In this document: piece by piece, positions 16,418-26,705 of the stretch | How the letters are laid out: each line of letters opens with the position of its first letter | How positions within the stretch are numbered: the stretch's first letter is position 1 | Assembly: GCA_964494395.1 (NCBI GenBank) | Contig: CAZBTI010000008.1 | Coordinates: forward strand, 1 to 52,279 | DNA length: 52,279 bases | Origin: an uncultured Acidimicrobiales bacterium | GTDB lineage: Bacteria; Actinomycetota; Acidimicrobiia; Acidimicrobiales; SHLQ01 | Direction: 5' to 3' | The notes under the pieces: generated by a model | Database searches by the model: none | Seen by the model: only the letters and a program-made list of their open reading frames with translations | Told to the model about the DNA's origin: nothing | Translations under genes and position numbers: made by a program

Positions 16418-17407
16418 TCAGCCCTCGCTCAATCTTTTTCCAAGCGATTGGGAGACCACTGCTACTGCGGCCATCGCGTGGGGGTAATTCATGCGTGTAG
16501 GTCCTAGCAGGCCAATCGTTCCAGTCTGATTGCCCTCTGCAGAATACGGCGCGACGACGAGAGAACAATCAGCGAGTGGATCTACACCGGTCTCTTCGCC
16601 AATGGCGACGGACATGCCGCGTCCAATGACGTCTCTGAGGAGCGTCACGACGACCAACTGCGTTTCGAGGAGCGAGAGAACTTCGCGCATTGTTTCGGCT
16701 GCGGCGAAGTTGGAAACGCTCGAACGACCCCCGACGTAGACATCGCCGGCGGTCTCTTGTGTGGTGAGGACGGCACGTGCGGATTCAACAAAGCGATCCG
16801 CCTGTGCATTCCCACTCGGTTGCGGTGCCGCTTCGTTACCGATGCTGCGTCCCACCATCGCTGCGCTGAGATGGCCGTTCGCAATGGCGAGCGTGGCCTC
16901 ATCTGCCTCGTCGACAGCTTCGATCGTGCACTTCTCGACCGTGCCGTCGGAGAGCACCATGACCGCGAGCACCACCGATGGTGCGAGCTGTACCAACTGC
17001 ACACTCTTGACGGTCGCGTTGTCCTTATCTGGTGCCACGACCACCGAGGTCACGCCAGTCATCTCCGACAGAAGCTTGGATGTCTTGCCGAGCATGCCTT
17101 CGATTTCGCCGTGCGCGTGATCGAAGAAGTCGGCGACCCGTTCGCTCTCGCTGCGGTCGAGGTTCGGTTCAGAGATGCCATCGACGAACGCTCGGTAGGC
17201 CTTGTCGGTTGGGACACGTCCGGCGCTCGTGTGTGGCTGAGTGAGATATCCCTGCTGGTCGAGTAGTGCCAGCTCGTTTCGGATTGTCGCCGAGGAGACT
17301 TCGAGGCTGATCACGTTCGTTACCGCGGTCGAACCCACGGGTTCCGCGGTTTCGATATACGTCTCTACGACAGCCCTCAAAATGGCCATCTTCCGGTCAT
17401 CCAACAT
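16418..17407 (-). CDS. hrcA: Heat-inducible transcription repressor HrcA
   Basis: Start placed at MLDDRKMAILRAVVETYIETAEPVGS (canonical HrcA N-terminus). The ORF is open 17 codons further upstream. Confidence 0.92.
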   Translation of the reverse strand: MLDDRKMAILRAVVETYIETAEPVGSTAVTNVISLEVSSATIRNELALLDQQGYLTQPHTSAGRVPTDKAYRAFVDGISEPNLDRSESERVADFFDHAHGEIEGMLGKTSKLLSEMTGVTSVVVAPDKDNATVKSVQLVQLAPSVVLAVMVLSDGTVEKCTIEAVDEADEATLAIANGHLSAAMVGRSIGNEAAPQPSGNAQADRFVESARAVLTTQETAGDVYVGGRSSVSNFAAAETMREVLSLLETQLVVVTLLRDVIGRGMSVAIGEETGVDPLADCSLVVAPYSAEGNQTGTIGLLGPTRMNYPHAMAAVAVVSQSLGKRLSEG

Positions 17408-17451
17408 CGCCTTACAGGTTACAAGGCTGCGCCCACGTCTATGGTCGAGCC

Positions 17452-17868
17452 ATGACAACTACGCCGCTCAACCAACGCATCTCGATCATCACCATCGCGG
17501 TCACCGACCTCGACGAGTCGCGGACCTTCTATAACTCGGCCTTTGGCTGGACCCCCGACGAGGCAGATGAGGAAGAAGCGGCCAACATTGCTTTCTATTC
17601 GATGAATGGATTCAAGTTCGCGTTGTATCCGCTCGCGAAGTTTGCCGAAGAACACGGCGGCGAGGTCGCTCCGCCCTCGGGATTCACCCTGGCGTACAAC
17701 GTCAATACAGAAGTTGAGGTCGACGCGCTGTTCGCCCGTTTCGCAGCACACGACGTGACGGTGTTGAAGGCACCGGAGAAGGTCTTCTGGGGCGGGTACT
17801 CGGGCTACATTTCCGGCCCGAGTGGCGAACAATGGGAGATCGCCTACAACCCGTACTTGTCGGTCTAG
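17452..17868 (+). CDS. VOC (glyoxalase/bleomycin-resistance) family protein
   Basis: 138 aa. ..ISIITIAVTDLDESRTFY..FGW.. and a C-terminal ..GYSGYISGPSGEQWEIAYNP.. typical of the VOC fold. Confidence 0.8.
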   Translation: MTTTPLNQRISIITIAVTDLDESRTFYNSAFGWTPDEADEEEAANIAFYSMNGFKFALYPLAKFAEEHGGEVAPPSGFTLAYNVNTEVEVDALFARFAAHDVTVLKAPEKVFWGGYSGYISGPSGEQWEIAYNPYLSV

Positions 17869-18003
17869 CCCGCAGCTGCGTTCGCCGTTCGCCCCGCTCA
17901 CTAACGGAGTCCGAAGCTGCGAAGCCGGTTCGGACGGACGCGGCCTACGGCCAGCCGCTGAGCATCGAGAGCCGCCAGGCTCGGATTGCGACCGCGGCGA
18001 AAG

Positions 18004-19788
18004 TCAGTCGTCTAATTTGAGCGCGGAGACGAAGGCTTCTTGGGGGATGTCGACCGAGCCGATCGACTTCATCCGCTTCTTGCCCTCTTTCTGCTTCTTC
18101 AGCAGCTTGTTCTTTCGCGTGATGTCACCGCCGTAGAGCTTCGCGGTCACATCCTTGCGGAATGCCTTCACTGTTTGGCGGGCGATAAACCGGCCGCCGA
18201 TCGCTGCCTGGATTGGCACGTCGAACTGTTGACGTGGGATGAGCTCTTTGAGCTTCTCGGTCATCTTCTTGCCGTACTCGTAGCTGCGATCGTCGTGGAC
18301 GATCGTGGAGAACGCATCGACGGGGTCTCCGGAGAGCAAGATGTCGACCTTGACCAGCTTCGAGCGTTCCATGCCGTCGGGTTCGTAGTCGAGGCTGGCG
18401 TAGCCCTGAGAGCGGCTCTTCATCTGGTCGAAGAAGTCCATCACGACTTCGGCCAGTGGAATTCGGTAGACGAGCTCGACACGCTCGGGCGAGAGGTATT
18501 CCATCTTGCCCATCACGCCTCGGCGGCTTTGGAGCAAGTCCATCATGGCGCCGGTGTATTCAGACGGTGTAACCACGCTGACCTTGAGCATCGGCTCTTC
18601 AATGAACTCGATCTCGGCCATGTCGGGCAGTTCGGAGGGGTTGTCGATCAGGAGCTCTTGGCCGTCTGACTTGTGCACGTTGTACTTCACCGAGGGTGCA
18701 GTGGAGATCAGGCTGAGGCCAAACTCTCGCTCCAGGCGTTCGCGAACGATCTCCATGTGCAAGAGCCCAAGGAAGCCACAGCGGAACCCGAACCCGAGCG
18801 CACCCGACGTTTCGGGTTCGAAGGTGTACGAGGAGTCGTTGAGGCGCAGCTTCTCGAGGGCGTCGCGGAGTGCTGGATACTCGTCGCCGTCGATTGGGTA
18901 CAAACCAGAAAAGACCATCGGCAGCGGCTCTTGGTAGCCAGCGAGAGGTTCGGTTGCAGGGTGACGTGCGGTCGTGACTGTCTCACCGGAACGAGCTTCA
19001 CCAACGTCTTTGATGCCAGCGATGAGGTAGCCAACTTCGCCAGCTCCGAGTTCGTCGACCGGAGTTGGGTCGGGGCTTCGCACGCCGATCTCTTCGATGT
19101 CATGGGTGCCGTTGGCCTGCATGAACAGGGCTTTGCTTCGGCTCTTCAAGGTTCCGTCGACAACGCGAATCGACGAGATAACGCCGCGGTAGGGGTCGAA
19201 GAAACTGTCGAAGATGAGCGCTTTGGTATCGCCGTCGGGGTCGCCCGCTGGCGGAGGTGTGCGTTCAATGACGGCATCGAGCAGGTCTTCAACCCCCTCG
19301 CCGGTCTTGGCGCTGATTCGCAAGATGTCTTCGGCCGGAATGCCGAGCACGTTCTCGATCTCTTCGGCGTACTTGTCGGGTTCGGCGGCGGGGAGGTCGA
19401 TCTTGTTGAGGGCCGCCACGATCTCGAGGTCGTTCTCGAGGGCGAGGTAACAGTTGGCGAGCGTCTGCGCTTCGATTCCTTGAGCGGCATCGACGACGAG
19501 GATCACACCTTCACACGCTGCGAGAGAACGGGATACTTCGTAACCAAAGTCGACGTGACCAGGTGTGTCGATCAGGTTGATGACGTGGTCTTTCCAGTCG
19601 AGGCGCACCGATTGCAACTTGATCGTGATGCCGCGTTCGCGCTCCAGATCCATCGAATCGAGGTATTGCGCCTTCATATCGCGCTGCTCGACCGCACCGG
19701 TGAGTTCGAGCATGCGATCGGCAAGGGTGGACTTGCCGTGATCGATGTGGGCGATGATCGACGTATTGCGGATGAGCGACTGATCCAT
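18004..19788 (-). CDS. lepA: Translation elongation factor 4 (LepA)
   Basis: 594 aa. [27 protein letters not shown]. LepA-specific C-terminal domain ..[17 protein letters not shown].. Confidence 0.97.
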   Translation of the reverse strand: MDQSLIRNTSIIAHIDHGKSTLADRMLELTGAVEQRDMKAQYLDSMDLERERGITIKLQSVRLDWKDHVINLIDTPGHVDFGYEVSRSLAACEGVILVVDAAQGIEAQTLANCYLALENDLEIVAALNKIDLPAAEPDKYAEEIENVLGIPAEDILRISAKTGEGVEDLLDAVIERTPPPAGDPDGDTKALIFDSFFDPYRGVISSIRVVDGTLKSRSKALFMQANGTHDIEEIGVRSPDPTPVDELGAGEVGYLIAGIKDVGEARSGETVTTARHPATEPLAGYQEPLPMVFSGLYPIDGDEYPALRDALEKLRLNDSSYTFEPETSGALGFGFRCGFLGLLHMEIVRERLEREFGLSLISTAPSVKYNVHKSDGQELLIDNPSELPDMAEIEFIEEPMLKVSVVTPSEYTGAMMDLLQSRRGVMGKMEYLSPERVELVYRIPLAEVVMDFFDQMKSRSQGYASLDYEPDGMERSKLVKVDILLSGDPVDAFSTIVHDDRSYEYGKKMTEKLKELIPRQQFDVPIQAAIGGRFIARQTVKAFRKDVTAKLYGGDITRKNKLLKKQKEGKKRMKSIGSVDIPQEAFVSALKLDD

Positions 19789-19915
19789 GAAGCACTAAAC
19801 GGTACTCCAAATACCTGCCACTTCACCCCCGCAGAAGTTGCGACGCCCGCTGATCCGGCTACGATTACCTGCTGGCCCGATTGGCGGGTCTATCAAGAAC
19901 GAGGTCGAAGCCGCA

Positions 19916-20182
19916 GTGGCAAACATTAAGAGCCAAATCAAGCGCAACCGCCAGACGGAGAAGCGCAACGCTCGCAACCGTCAGATCCGCGCAGAACTCC
20001 GCACCCGCACCCGCTCGGTACTTGCTGCGGCCGAAGCAGGAGACGACGACGTCGACGAGAAGCTTCGTCTTGCGATCAAGCGCATCGACAAGGCCGTCAC
20101 CAAGGGCACGATGCACAAGAACACCGCCGCTCGCACCAAGAGCCGGCTCACCGCCCAGGTCCGCGGCCTTCAGAACGCGTAG
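19916..20182 (+). CDS. rpsT: 30S ribosomal protein S20
   Basis: GTG start giving (M)[20 protein letters not shown].., 88 aa. The ORF track's upstream extension was discarded. Confidence 0.93.
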   Translation: MANIKSQIKRNRQTEKRNARNRQIRAELRTRTRSVLAAAEAGDDDVDEKLRLAIKRIDKAVTKGTMHKNTAARTKSRLTAQVRGLQNA

Positions 20183-20227
20183 CTTCGGCTACGACAACAT
20201 TCTGATCCCCGCCGATATCGAGCTCAA

Positions 20228-20257
20228 GGCGCCCTCCGGGGCGTCTTTTGTCGTTTT
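20228..20257 (+). terminator. Rho-independent terminator of rpsT
   Basis: GGCGCCC-tccg-GGGCGTC stem (7 bp, one G-U) followed by TTTTGTCGTTTT. Confidence 0.7.
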
Positions 20258-20268
20258 CGTCCCGGTTT

Positions 20269-21354
20269 CTAGTCCTCGACAGGAAGCAAGGCGGCGTGGG
20301 TGTGTACGTGGCCGATCTGGTGACCCCAGAAACCCTTCGGGGCCTGCAGTCGCTCGATCAGATACTCGAGTTCGGCGGCATAGGTCAACCGAATTCCGAG
20401 CGCATGGGTGACCGCATCGTCGTAGGCAAGCATCGGGAAGCCATGGGTTTCGAGCGTGTCGTATAGGAGGCGCAATTGTTCGGTGGCATCCTCGGACTGC
20501 TGCTGTGCCCGCTGTCGGTACTCGGTGAGGTCGACCCCGTCGGTCAGGAACTGCAGAAGGCGGACCGAACGACGCAGCGCCCAGTAGGCCGACCGCCCCT
20601 GCCCGCCTTCGGTCAACTCGACATGGAGCGCAGCATCGGTGACAAGACCGAGCGCGGTGATCCAGTTCTGTCCGTCGTGTTGAGAACGGAAGAGGGCCAA
20701 CATCGGGAAGGTGGTGTGCGTCTCGAGCACTTGGGCGATCCATCCCTCCCACTCTTTGAAGAAGTCATCGAGCTCACGAGGGTCGCCGTCGGGCGAGCGA
20801 GAGAGCACGAGGTTGGTGGGTGTCATGCGCGTCTCGCTGCCATCGTCGAGCGTGAGCAACTTCTGTTCGCGCTCGGAGTATGCCGAGTACAGCGCTGGGA
20901 GGTAACCAATAACCAGTGCGGTTGTAAGCACTCCGGAGAAGGCCTCGATGAGCGACCCAAACCGAGGCACCGTCTCTACGGGAACCACTTCGCCGAAACC
21001 AATCGTGAAGTACACCACGCCCGAGAAATAGATGGCTTCGACCAGACCATCGAGTCCGCTTACACCGCCAGTCCCCCACCAGATCAGTCCGAACCCAACG
21101 ACTTGCTGGATAACCCACGACACCAACATCGCAATCACCGATACCGGTGCGAAGCGAGCATAGAAGCGCTCGCGCATCCGTTCATTCTTGATGTGCTTGC
21201 CAAGGGACGCCGTCATCGACCACGTCACCCGATACAGCACGCGGGTCAGCCACCATTGCGAACTCGACGCCGTCGTGGCCACAAGTGTGTTGATGATGTC
21301 GGCCAACACAGACACGACGAGCACGACGCCAATAATGATCACGAGAGCGCTCAC
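20269..21354 (-). CDS. Two-TM potassium-channel-like protein (Ion_trans_2 type pore) with large cytoplasmic C-terminal domain
   Basis: 361 aa. Pore helix and filter-like YFTIGFGEVVP flanked by TM helices. About 220-aa C-terminal domain of unknown family. Confidence 0.68.
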   Translation of the reverse strand: MSALVIIIGVVLVVSVLADIINTLVATTASSSQWWLTRVLYRVTWSMTASLGKHIKNERMRERFYARFAPVSVIAMLVSWVIQQVVGFGLIWWGTGGVSGLDGLVEAIYFSGVVYFTIGFGEVVPVETVPRFGSLIEAFSGVLTTALVIGYLPALYSAYSEREQKLLTLDDGSETRMTPTNLVLSRSPDGDPRELDDFFKEWEGWIAQVLETHTTFPMLALFRSQHDGQNWITALGLVTDAALHVELTEGGQGRSAYWALRRSVRLLQFLTDGVDLTEYRQRAQQQSEDATEQLRLLYDTLETHGFPMLAYDDAVTHALGIRLTYAAELEYLIERLQAPKGFWGHQIGHVHTHAALLPVED

Positions 21355-21471
21355 ACCCGAAACGGTACTGCAACTCCGCTCTAGGTAATAAAAGCAAACA
21401 GCTAGTCAGTGACGGCTGGGAGACGGCTTTCAGCCGGGTTGCTCGATTAGCGGACGGTCTACCCGGAACGG

Positions 21472-22482
21472 TTACCGGAGGTTTGCGAGACGGGCCACGA
21501 GCACTTCCATGACCAGTTCTGGCGGCCAACCGACCTCGCCGCGAAGCCCCCGGTCAGCTTCGGCGAGCAATTCGATTGCTCGTTTAGCCCCGTCTGAGCC
21601 GAGCCGCTTCGACTGGGTCAGCGCCTTCTTCGCTGGAAAGGTGGAGCCCTTCATACCGAGCAACTGCGCGGCCTGCTTCTCGCCACTCACCGGCGCTCCA
21701 TCGAGGCGCAGGATAGCGAGGTAGTGCTTTTGCAAGCTCGCCATAATCTGCAGTGGATGGCGGCTACCTGCACTCATCATGCGAGACAGCTTGTCGAGCG
21801 CGACGTCGATCTTGCCCGAGTCGATCGCGTCGGTGAGTTCCCATGGAGGCACACCGCCGGTGTCCCCCAAGAACGGTTCGATCTCCCCGACACCGATCGT
21901 GCGATCGGTTCCGTAGATCGACTCGAGAGTTGACAGCAGGTTGACGACCCGAGCCCGATCGTCGCCGAGGTGAGTCGACAGGTGCTGCTCGGCCCGCCGG
22001 TCGAGCGACACCGATGCAAGCTTGAACTGTTGAGCGAGCCACATGTCGGCGCCCTTGCCACTGGGCACCCCGGCATCGATCGTCTCTGCCCCGACCGACT
22101 CGAGTGCTTCCTTCAGCGACTTCGGTGCGCCGGTGAGCGTGTTCTGCTTGGGCGATACGCCCTTTTCCCACACAAGGACGAGGTCGGTGCTCGGAAGCGG
22201 ATCAGCGAGGTAGCCCACGAGCGGTTCGACATCGACCGCTTTGGTGAACCGGCCCATGTGTCGACCAACAACGACTCTGCGCTCGGTGAGGAACGGTGGG
22301 GTTTGTGCTGAGTCGACCAGCCGGCGAATGACGAACGTGTCGTCTTCCATGCGGTACTGCGTTTCGGTCAGCTCTTCTACCATCAACGATGCGTCACCTG
22401 AACCAACCAACTCGTCGACCTTCTCTTTGATTGCTTTGGAGAGCAAGGACTCGTCGTTGCCCTTAAACAAGAAGACAGCCAT
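21472..22482 (-). CDS. holA: DNA polymerase III subunit delta
   Basis: 336 aa. N-terminal ..FLFKGNDESLL.. and overall HolA-like pattern. Conserved position next to rpsT and downstream of comEC. Confidence 0.85.
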   Translation of the reverse strand: MAVFLFKGNDESLLSKAIKEKVDELVGSGDASLMVEELTETQYRMEDDTFVIRRLVDSAQTPPFLTERRVVVGRHMGRFTKAVDVEPLVGYLADPLPSTDLVLVWEKGVSPKQNTLTGAPKSLKEALESVGAETIDAGVPSGKGADMWLAQQFKLASVSLDRRAEQHLSTHLGDDRARVVNLLSTLESIYGTDRTIGVGEIEPFLGDTGGVPPWELTDAIDSGKIDVALDKLSRMMSAGSRHPLQIMASLQKHYLAILRLDGAPVSGEKQAAQLLGMKGSTFPAKKALTQSKRLGSDGAKRAIELLAEADRGLRGEVGWPPELVMEVLVARLANLR

Positions 22483-22820
22483 TAGCCCAACACCTCGACC
22501 GAACCGGCCTCGATTGCGGCGTGCGTAGCGAACAACCGGCGCACCACCTGGCCGTGGCGGGTTTCGAAGCCCGCTACTCCCCCGTTGACCAACACCGATG
22601 CGAGGGCGACGAACTCGTCGAAGTCAAAGCCCTCAGGACGGTTGGGTGGGATCACCTCGTCGATGGCGACGAGCAGCGTGCTGGTGTCTTTAGCCGCCCG
22701 GCATTTCTCGATCAGTTCGTCGACGGAATCCGCAGAGACTCGCACGAGCTCGGCCTCGCCGTCGCTCGATCTACGCAAGACCACTTCTCGGTCAACTTCT
22801 CCTTCAGCCACAGGGCGCAC
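22482..22820 (-). CDS. Hypothetical protein, translationally coupled to holA
   Basis: 112-aa ORF whose TAA stop overlaps the holA ATG (TAATG). No family recognised with confidence. Confidence 0.45.
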   Translation of the reverse strand: MRPVAEGEVDREVVLRRSSDGEAELVRVSADSVDELIEKCRAAKDTSTLLVAIDEVIPPNRPEGFDFDEFVALASVLVNGGVAGFETRHGQVVRRLFATHAAIEAGSVEVLG

Positions 22821-22960
22821 GATATCTGACCCGAGGGTGGCTCATACCTGCGCAGGTGAGGTCCGCCCGGCAAAGGGTGCAGGTTCGGGTTTAGGTCGTG
22901 AGTTGTGTGACAACGGATTCGGCGAGGCTTGCCGTGCTTTTTGACGAGTTATCATGAGTC

Positions 22961-23476
22961 ATGACCTCAAGGCGTCGGATTGGTGTTGCTCTCACTCTCG
23001 TCGTTGGAGTGTTGGCCTTCGACCAGCTAACCAAAGAATGGGCGCTCGGCCGCCTCAGCGACGGCAGCGCAATCGAGGTTCTTCCCACGGTCCAGTTCGC
23101 GCTCACCTTCAACCGTGGATTCTCGTTCTCGATCGGGAGCGGCAACGGCAATCTTGTGGGGTTTGCCGTCATTGCCATCTGCGTCGTTCTCTCGGTATTG
23201 ATCGTGCGAGAGACTCACTGGCGCCGAACCATCTTGTTGGCAGTGATCCTTGGTGGCGCGCTCGGCAACCTTGTTGACCGTGCGTTTCGCGCTGACGAAG
23301 GACTTCTGTCAGGCGCGGTTATCGACTTTATCGACGTCGAGTGGTACGCCGTGTTCAACGTCGCTGACATCTTCGTCGTGGGTGGCATCGCCTTCCTGTT
23401 CGTCGACGAACTTCTGCGAAGCCGTTCCGAACTGCGAGCGGCGAACGCCGAGACTGTGGCGGCAGCTTCCGGCTGA
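22961..23476 (+). CDS. lspA: Lipoprotein signal peptidase (signal peptidase II)
   Basis: 171 aa. DQLTKEWA, FNRGFSFS, GNLVDR, VIDFIDV..FNVADIFVVGG. Confidence 0.92.
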   Translation: MTSRRRIGVALTLVVGVLAFDQLTKEWALGRLSDGSAIEVLPTVQFALTFNRGFSFSIGSGNGNLVGFAVIAICVVLSVLIVRETHWRRTILLAVILGGALGNLVDRAFRADEGLLSGAVIDFIDVEWYAVFNVADIFVVGGIAFLFVDELLRSRSELRAANAETVAAASG

Positions 23477-23524
23477 CGAGGTGCGGCAAACGGATTTTGG
23501 ACTCTTCGGACGTCCAGCGCTGGT

Positions 23525-23932
23525 TCAGTGCTCGAGACTGTCGAGGAAGTCCTGAGACGGTTGACCTTCCGATGAGACATCGACCATGGTCCCGTCCGGG
23601 TCGGTCAGGATCATGCGTCTCTGGCCGTAGAACAGATCTACCGGCTCCTCCACGACCATGTAGCCAAGGTCCTGGGCTCGGGTATGAACCGCGTCGACGT
23701 CTTCGACGACGAAGGTCAGGAGGCGGCCACCGCCTCCAGGTTCGACTCCCTCCGGAACAATCTCGTGCCCAGCGGCGATGATCCCGAGTTCGACACCCGG
23801 GGCAACGGGTGCGTTGAGATGAACGAACCAATCGCTATCGAATTCTGTCTCCCATCCGAGCAGGTCGACGTACCACTTCTTGGTGGCTGGAAGGTCGTGA
23901 CTAATGATGTTCGGGAAGCCTCGTGTGATCAT
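23525..23932 (-). CDS. VOC (glyoxalase) family protein
   Basis: 135 aa. ..ISHDLPATKKWYVDLLGW.. and ..FYGQRRMILTDPDGTMVDV.. Confidence 0.8.
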   Translation of the reverse strand: MITRGFPNIISHDLPATKKWYVDLLGWETEFDSDWFVHLNAPVAPGVELGIIAAGHEIVPEGVEPGGGGRLLTFVVEDVDAVHTRAQDLGYMVVEEPVDLFYGQRRMILTDPDGTMVDVSSEGQPSQDFLDSLEH

Positions 23933-24005
23933 CGGGTTGCTCCTGGTATTTCGTGATCGCTGCGACTCGGGGCGACCAGCGGCGGTAGAACGGGTCTACC
24001 ACCTC

Positions 24006-25838
24006 TCACCCACCGGAAGCGATATGGATGCTGCCGCTCGGGTCGGCGATGATTTCGAGCGAGCCGAGCGTTCCGGCGAACTCTGGGCGAGCCTCTGCTC
24101 CCGGAACGGAGTGACCGGGTGGCGCCCAGATCGTCGTGATCTCGAATTGATTCGACAGGGTGTGCACCACGAAACCGGTCTGCCGCGATCCGTTCGTGGC
24201 GATCAAGAGATCGATGCGGCCAAGCCTGCTCGTCCGGAGCTGTTCGAGCGTGTCGCTCACATCGGCGCCAGCATCGAGCACCACGAGGTCATGTCCTTCG
24301 ACCGAGCGGGCCACCGTGACTTCGGTGGATAGTCGGTGGACCCCAGGGCCGAGTGGGCGTGGCACCAACAGCGGAATGGCGACGCTCACGATGAGGAGGC
24401 CCACCCCAAGCCTCGAAGGTAACCCTCCAAGCCAACCCCGACTCTCCCTCGCCACCAGTATGGTTAACAAGCCAATGACGCCAACGACGAGATGACCGCC
24501 GCTGAAGTGGCCGACCGGCAATGACGCGAAGGCGTCGGCGACACCAGCCACCCACTGCACCATCAACCACGTGGGTACGTGCAACACCATGGCGATTGGC
24601 GCGGGAACCAACGCAGCGATGGGCCCTGCCACGAGCCCCCACATCATTACCCCCGCTACCGCTGGCCCGGCGAGAACGTTAGCGGGAACGGCGACCAGGC
24701 TCACCCGGCCGAAGGTTCCCAGCAGAAGCGGAGCCACGAATAGCTGGGCACCGAGCGTCGCTGCGACCGTGAGCCGAAGGATCTCCGGGCCGGGAAGTAG
24801 CACGGCGATTCGGGGAGCCAATACGACCATCCCGACGGTTGCGGCGACGGAGAGCTGGAACGCCAACGACCAGGCGAACAACGGATCGAGCGCGAATAGG
24901 AACGCGACCGCCGGCGGCAACACAACTGCCGCATCGGACTGACGACCAACCGAGTGGGCAATGAGCGCCAAGCCGGCCATCACGATCGCCCTGGTCACCG
25001 ACGCTTCAAACCGCGTGAGGAACCCGAACCCCAAGAGCAGGAAAATCGATGCGCCCACCCGGGCAGGAGCCCAGCGGACACGACGAAGAATCGGCGCGGC
25101 CAACAGCAGCACGAAGGCAACGTTCTGCCCGGAAACCGCGAGGGCATGGGAGAGTCCGCTCGCTCGAAAGTTGTCGGCATCGATCGGGTCTTGGTTTCGG
25201 TCATCACCGAAGACCAGCCCGGTAAAGAGCGCTCGATCCGCTGAATTGAAATGGCGAACCCCACCTCGATACGCAGATCGAAGCGCATTGGCCGCACCGA
25301 TCACCCCAGATGCTTCTCGGCGCTCGTGGAGTTTACTCACCGTGACGCTTCCGACGATCCGTCGGGAGATCGACCATGAGGTTTCCGGTTCGCTCCCTCG
25401 CAGCGACCCGGAAATCACCAGGGCATCACCAACCGCTGCTCCCCCAAACGATGGGGCGACACCGATCCGTGCGTTCAAAACGACCCTTTCGCCTCTGACA
25501 TCGGCCTGAGCGCTCCAACCCGAATCACCTTCTCGTGGGTCGCTGATCAAGACCGCTGTTACTTCTGTGAGAGGTCTCGACCTTGCTGCTTCCAACCCGT
25601 CTAGCACCACACCAGAGCGTGCGCCGAGAAGCAGAACCAGCCCAATGACGAGCACGCGAGGCCGCACGCTCGCGACACCCGCCAACACGATGATCAAGCC
25701 AAACCACCAACTCACTCCATGGAGTAGACGAACGACACTGAACAGGCCAACGATGCTCCCGACGACGCTCGCATCTCTCCGTCGCCGCCGACGCTGTTGC
25801 TCCTCGACGGCTCGGTCTTCAGACGCGAACGTAGTCAC
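24006..25838 (-). CDS. comEC: ComEC/Rec2-family DNA internalization channel protein
   Basis: Polytopic competence domain (..FNSADRALFTGLVFGD.., ..RASGLSHALAVSGQNVAF..). Start set at the GTG (VTTFASEDR) overlapping the comEA stop by 20 nt. The ORF is open to 26102, but that part overlaps comEA. Confidence 0.85.
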   Translation of the reverse strand: MTTFASEDRAVEEQQRRRRRRDASVVGSIVGLFSVVRLLHGVSWWFGLIIVLAGVASVRPRVLVIGLVLLLGARSGVVLDGLEAARSRPLTEVTAVLISDPREGDSGWSAQADVRGERVVLNARIGVAPSFGGAAVGDALVISGSLRGSEPETSWSISRRIVGSVTVSKLHERREASGVIGAANALRSAYRGGVRHFNSADRALFTGLVFGDDRNQDPIDADNFRASGLSHALAVSGQNVAFVLLLAAPILRRVRWAPARVGASIFLLLGFGFLTRFEASVTRAIVMAGLALIAHSVGRQSDAAVVLPPAVAFLFALDPLFAWSLAFQLSVAATVGMVVLAPRIAVLLPGPEILRLTVAATLGAQLFVAPLLLGTFGRVSLVAVPANVLAGPAVAGVMMWGLVAGPIAALVPAPIAMVLHVPTWLMVQWVAGVADAFASLPVGHFSGGHLVVGVIGLLTILVARESRGWLGGLPSRLGVGLLIVSVAIPLLVPRPLGPGVHRLSTEVTVARSVEGHDLVVLDAGADVSDTLEQLRTSRLGRIDLLIATNGSRQTGFVVHTLSNQFEITTIWAPPGHSVPGAEARPEFAGTLGSLEIIADPSGSIHIASGG

Positions 25839-26598
25839 GGAGTGCCTCGAGGGTCGCCGGCCCGATGCCGGGCACAGAGACCAACGCATCGACCGTGCCG
25901 AACGCACCGAAGTCATCGCGGTGAGCAACGATCGCGGCCGCAGTCGCCGGACCAACTCCAGGCAGGCTCTGCAAGGCCAATGCATCAGAGGTGTTGAGAT
26001 TGACCGGCGCGTTAACCGCCTGCCCTTCCCCACTGGCCGACTCTGGTTCGATGACGACCGGTACTTCTTCATCGACGAAGGGAACGAAGATCCGCTGCCC
26101 ATCGAGAATCGGTGCCGCCAAGTTCACGCGATCGAGATCAGCTGAAGCTGCTGCCCCACCGGCCGCCGTCACTGCGTCATCTATGCGCCACTCTCCCGTC
26201 CCCTCGATGATGCCCGGCCGAACCACCGCTCCGGCGACATGAACGACTACCTCTGCAGGCGCCTGGGATTCGACCGAAGCGGGCTCCGAAGTATCGAGAG
26301 GCGACACTTCGAAATTTGGTTCAACAACCGTTGTTGGCGGAGCGCCGCTAGCCAGTGGGAGGCTCGCCTCAACCGGCGGCTCCGACTCGGTGAATAGACG
26401 CCAGCCGACCCCGATAGATAGGGCAACCACGAGCGCAGCGATCGCAAGTCTTCCCGTTGTAGCGGCCAGCACGGCTGGACCTTGGCGCAGGAGATCAGCA
26501 CTTAGGAGCCGCTCTCGCAGCACCTGCGACCTTGGCCGTCGATCACTGGCGCGCAGCGCCGCCAGAGGATCTGGCGCACCTTCGTGCAACCCAGACAT
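25819..26598 (-). CDS. comEA: ComEA-family DNA receptor (TM anchor, SLBB-like domain, tandem helix-hairpin-helix)
   Basis: 259 aa. C-terminal ..VNLNTSDALALQSLPGVGPATAAAIVAHRDDFGAFGTVDALVSVPGIGPATLEAL.. Confidence 0.88.
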   Translation of the reverse strand: MSGLHEGAPDPLAALRASDRRPRSQVLRERLLSADLLRQGPAVLAATTGRLAIAALVVALSIGVGWRLFTESEPPVEASLPLASGAPPTTVVEPNFEVSPLDTSEPASVESQAPAEVVVHVAGAVVRPGIIEGTGEWRIDDAVTAAGGAAASADLDRVNLAAPILDGQRIFVPFVDEEVPVVIEPESASGEGQAVNAPVNLNTSDALALQSLPGVGPATAAAIVAHRDDFGAFGTVDALVSVPGIGPATLEALRDYVRV

Positions 26599-26705
26599 CG
26601 CAAAACTTCCTCATGTTCGATGAACGCAGGGGAAGTGCCTTCGAGTCAAACGGTAGCGAACGCCATTCGACGACGCCAAGCGGCGGCTACCGGGACGGTT
26701 GCATA

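Noticed and set aside
17408-17451. CIRCE operator (TTAGCACTC-N9-GAGTGCTAA) expected near hrcA/dnaJ.
   Set aside because: No match was found upstream of hrcA or dnaJ in this window. In actinobacteria CIRCE is usually at the groES/groEL promoters, so its absence here is unremarkable.
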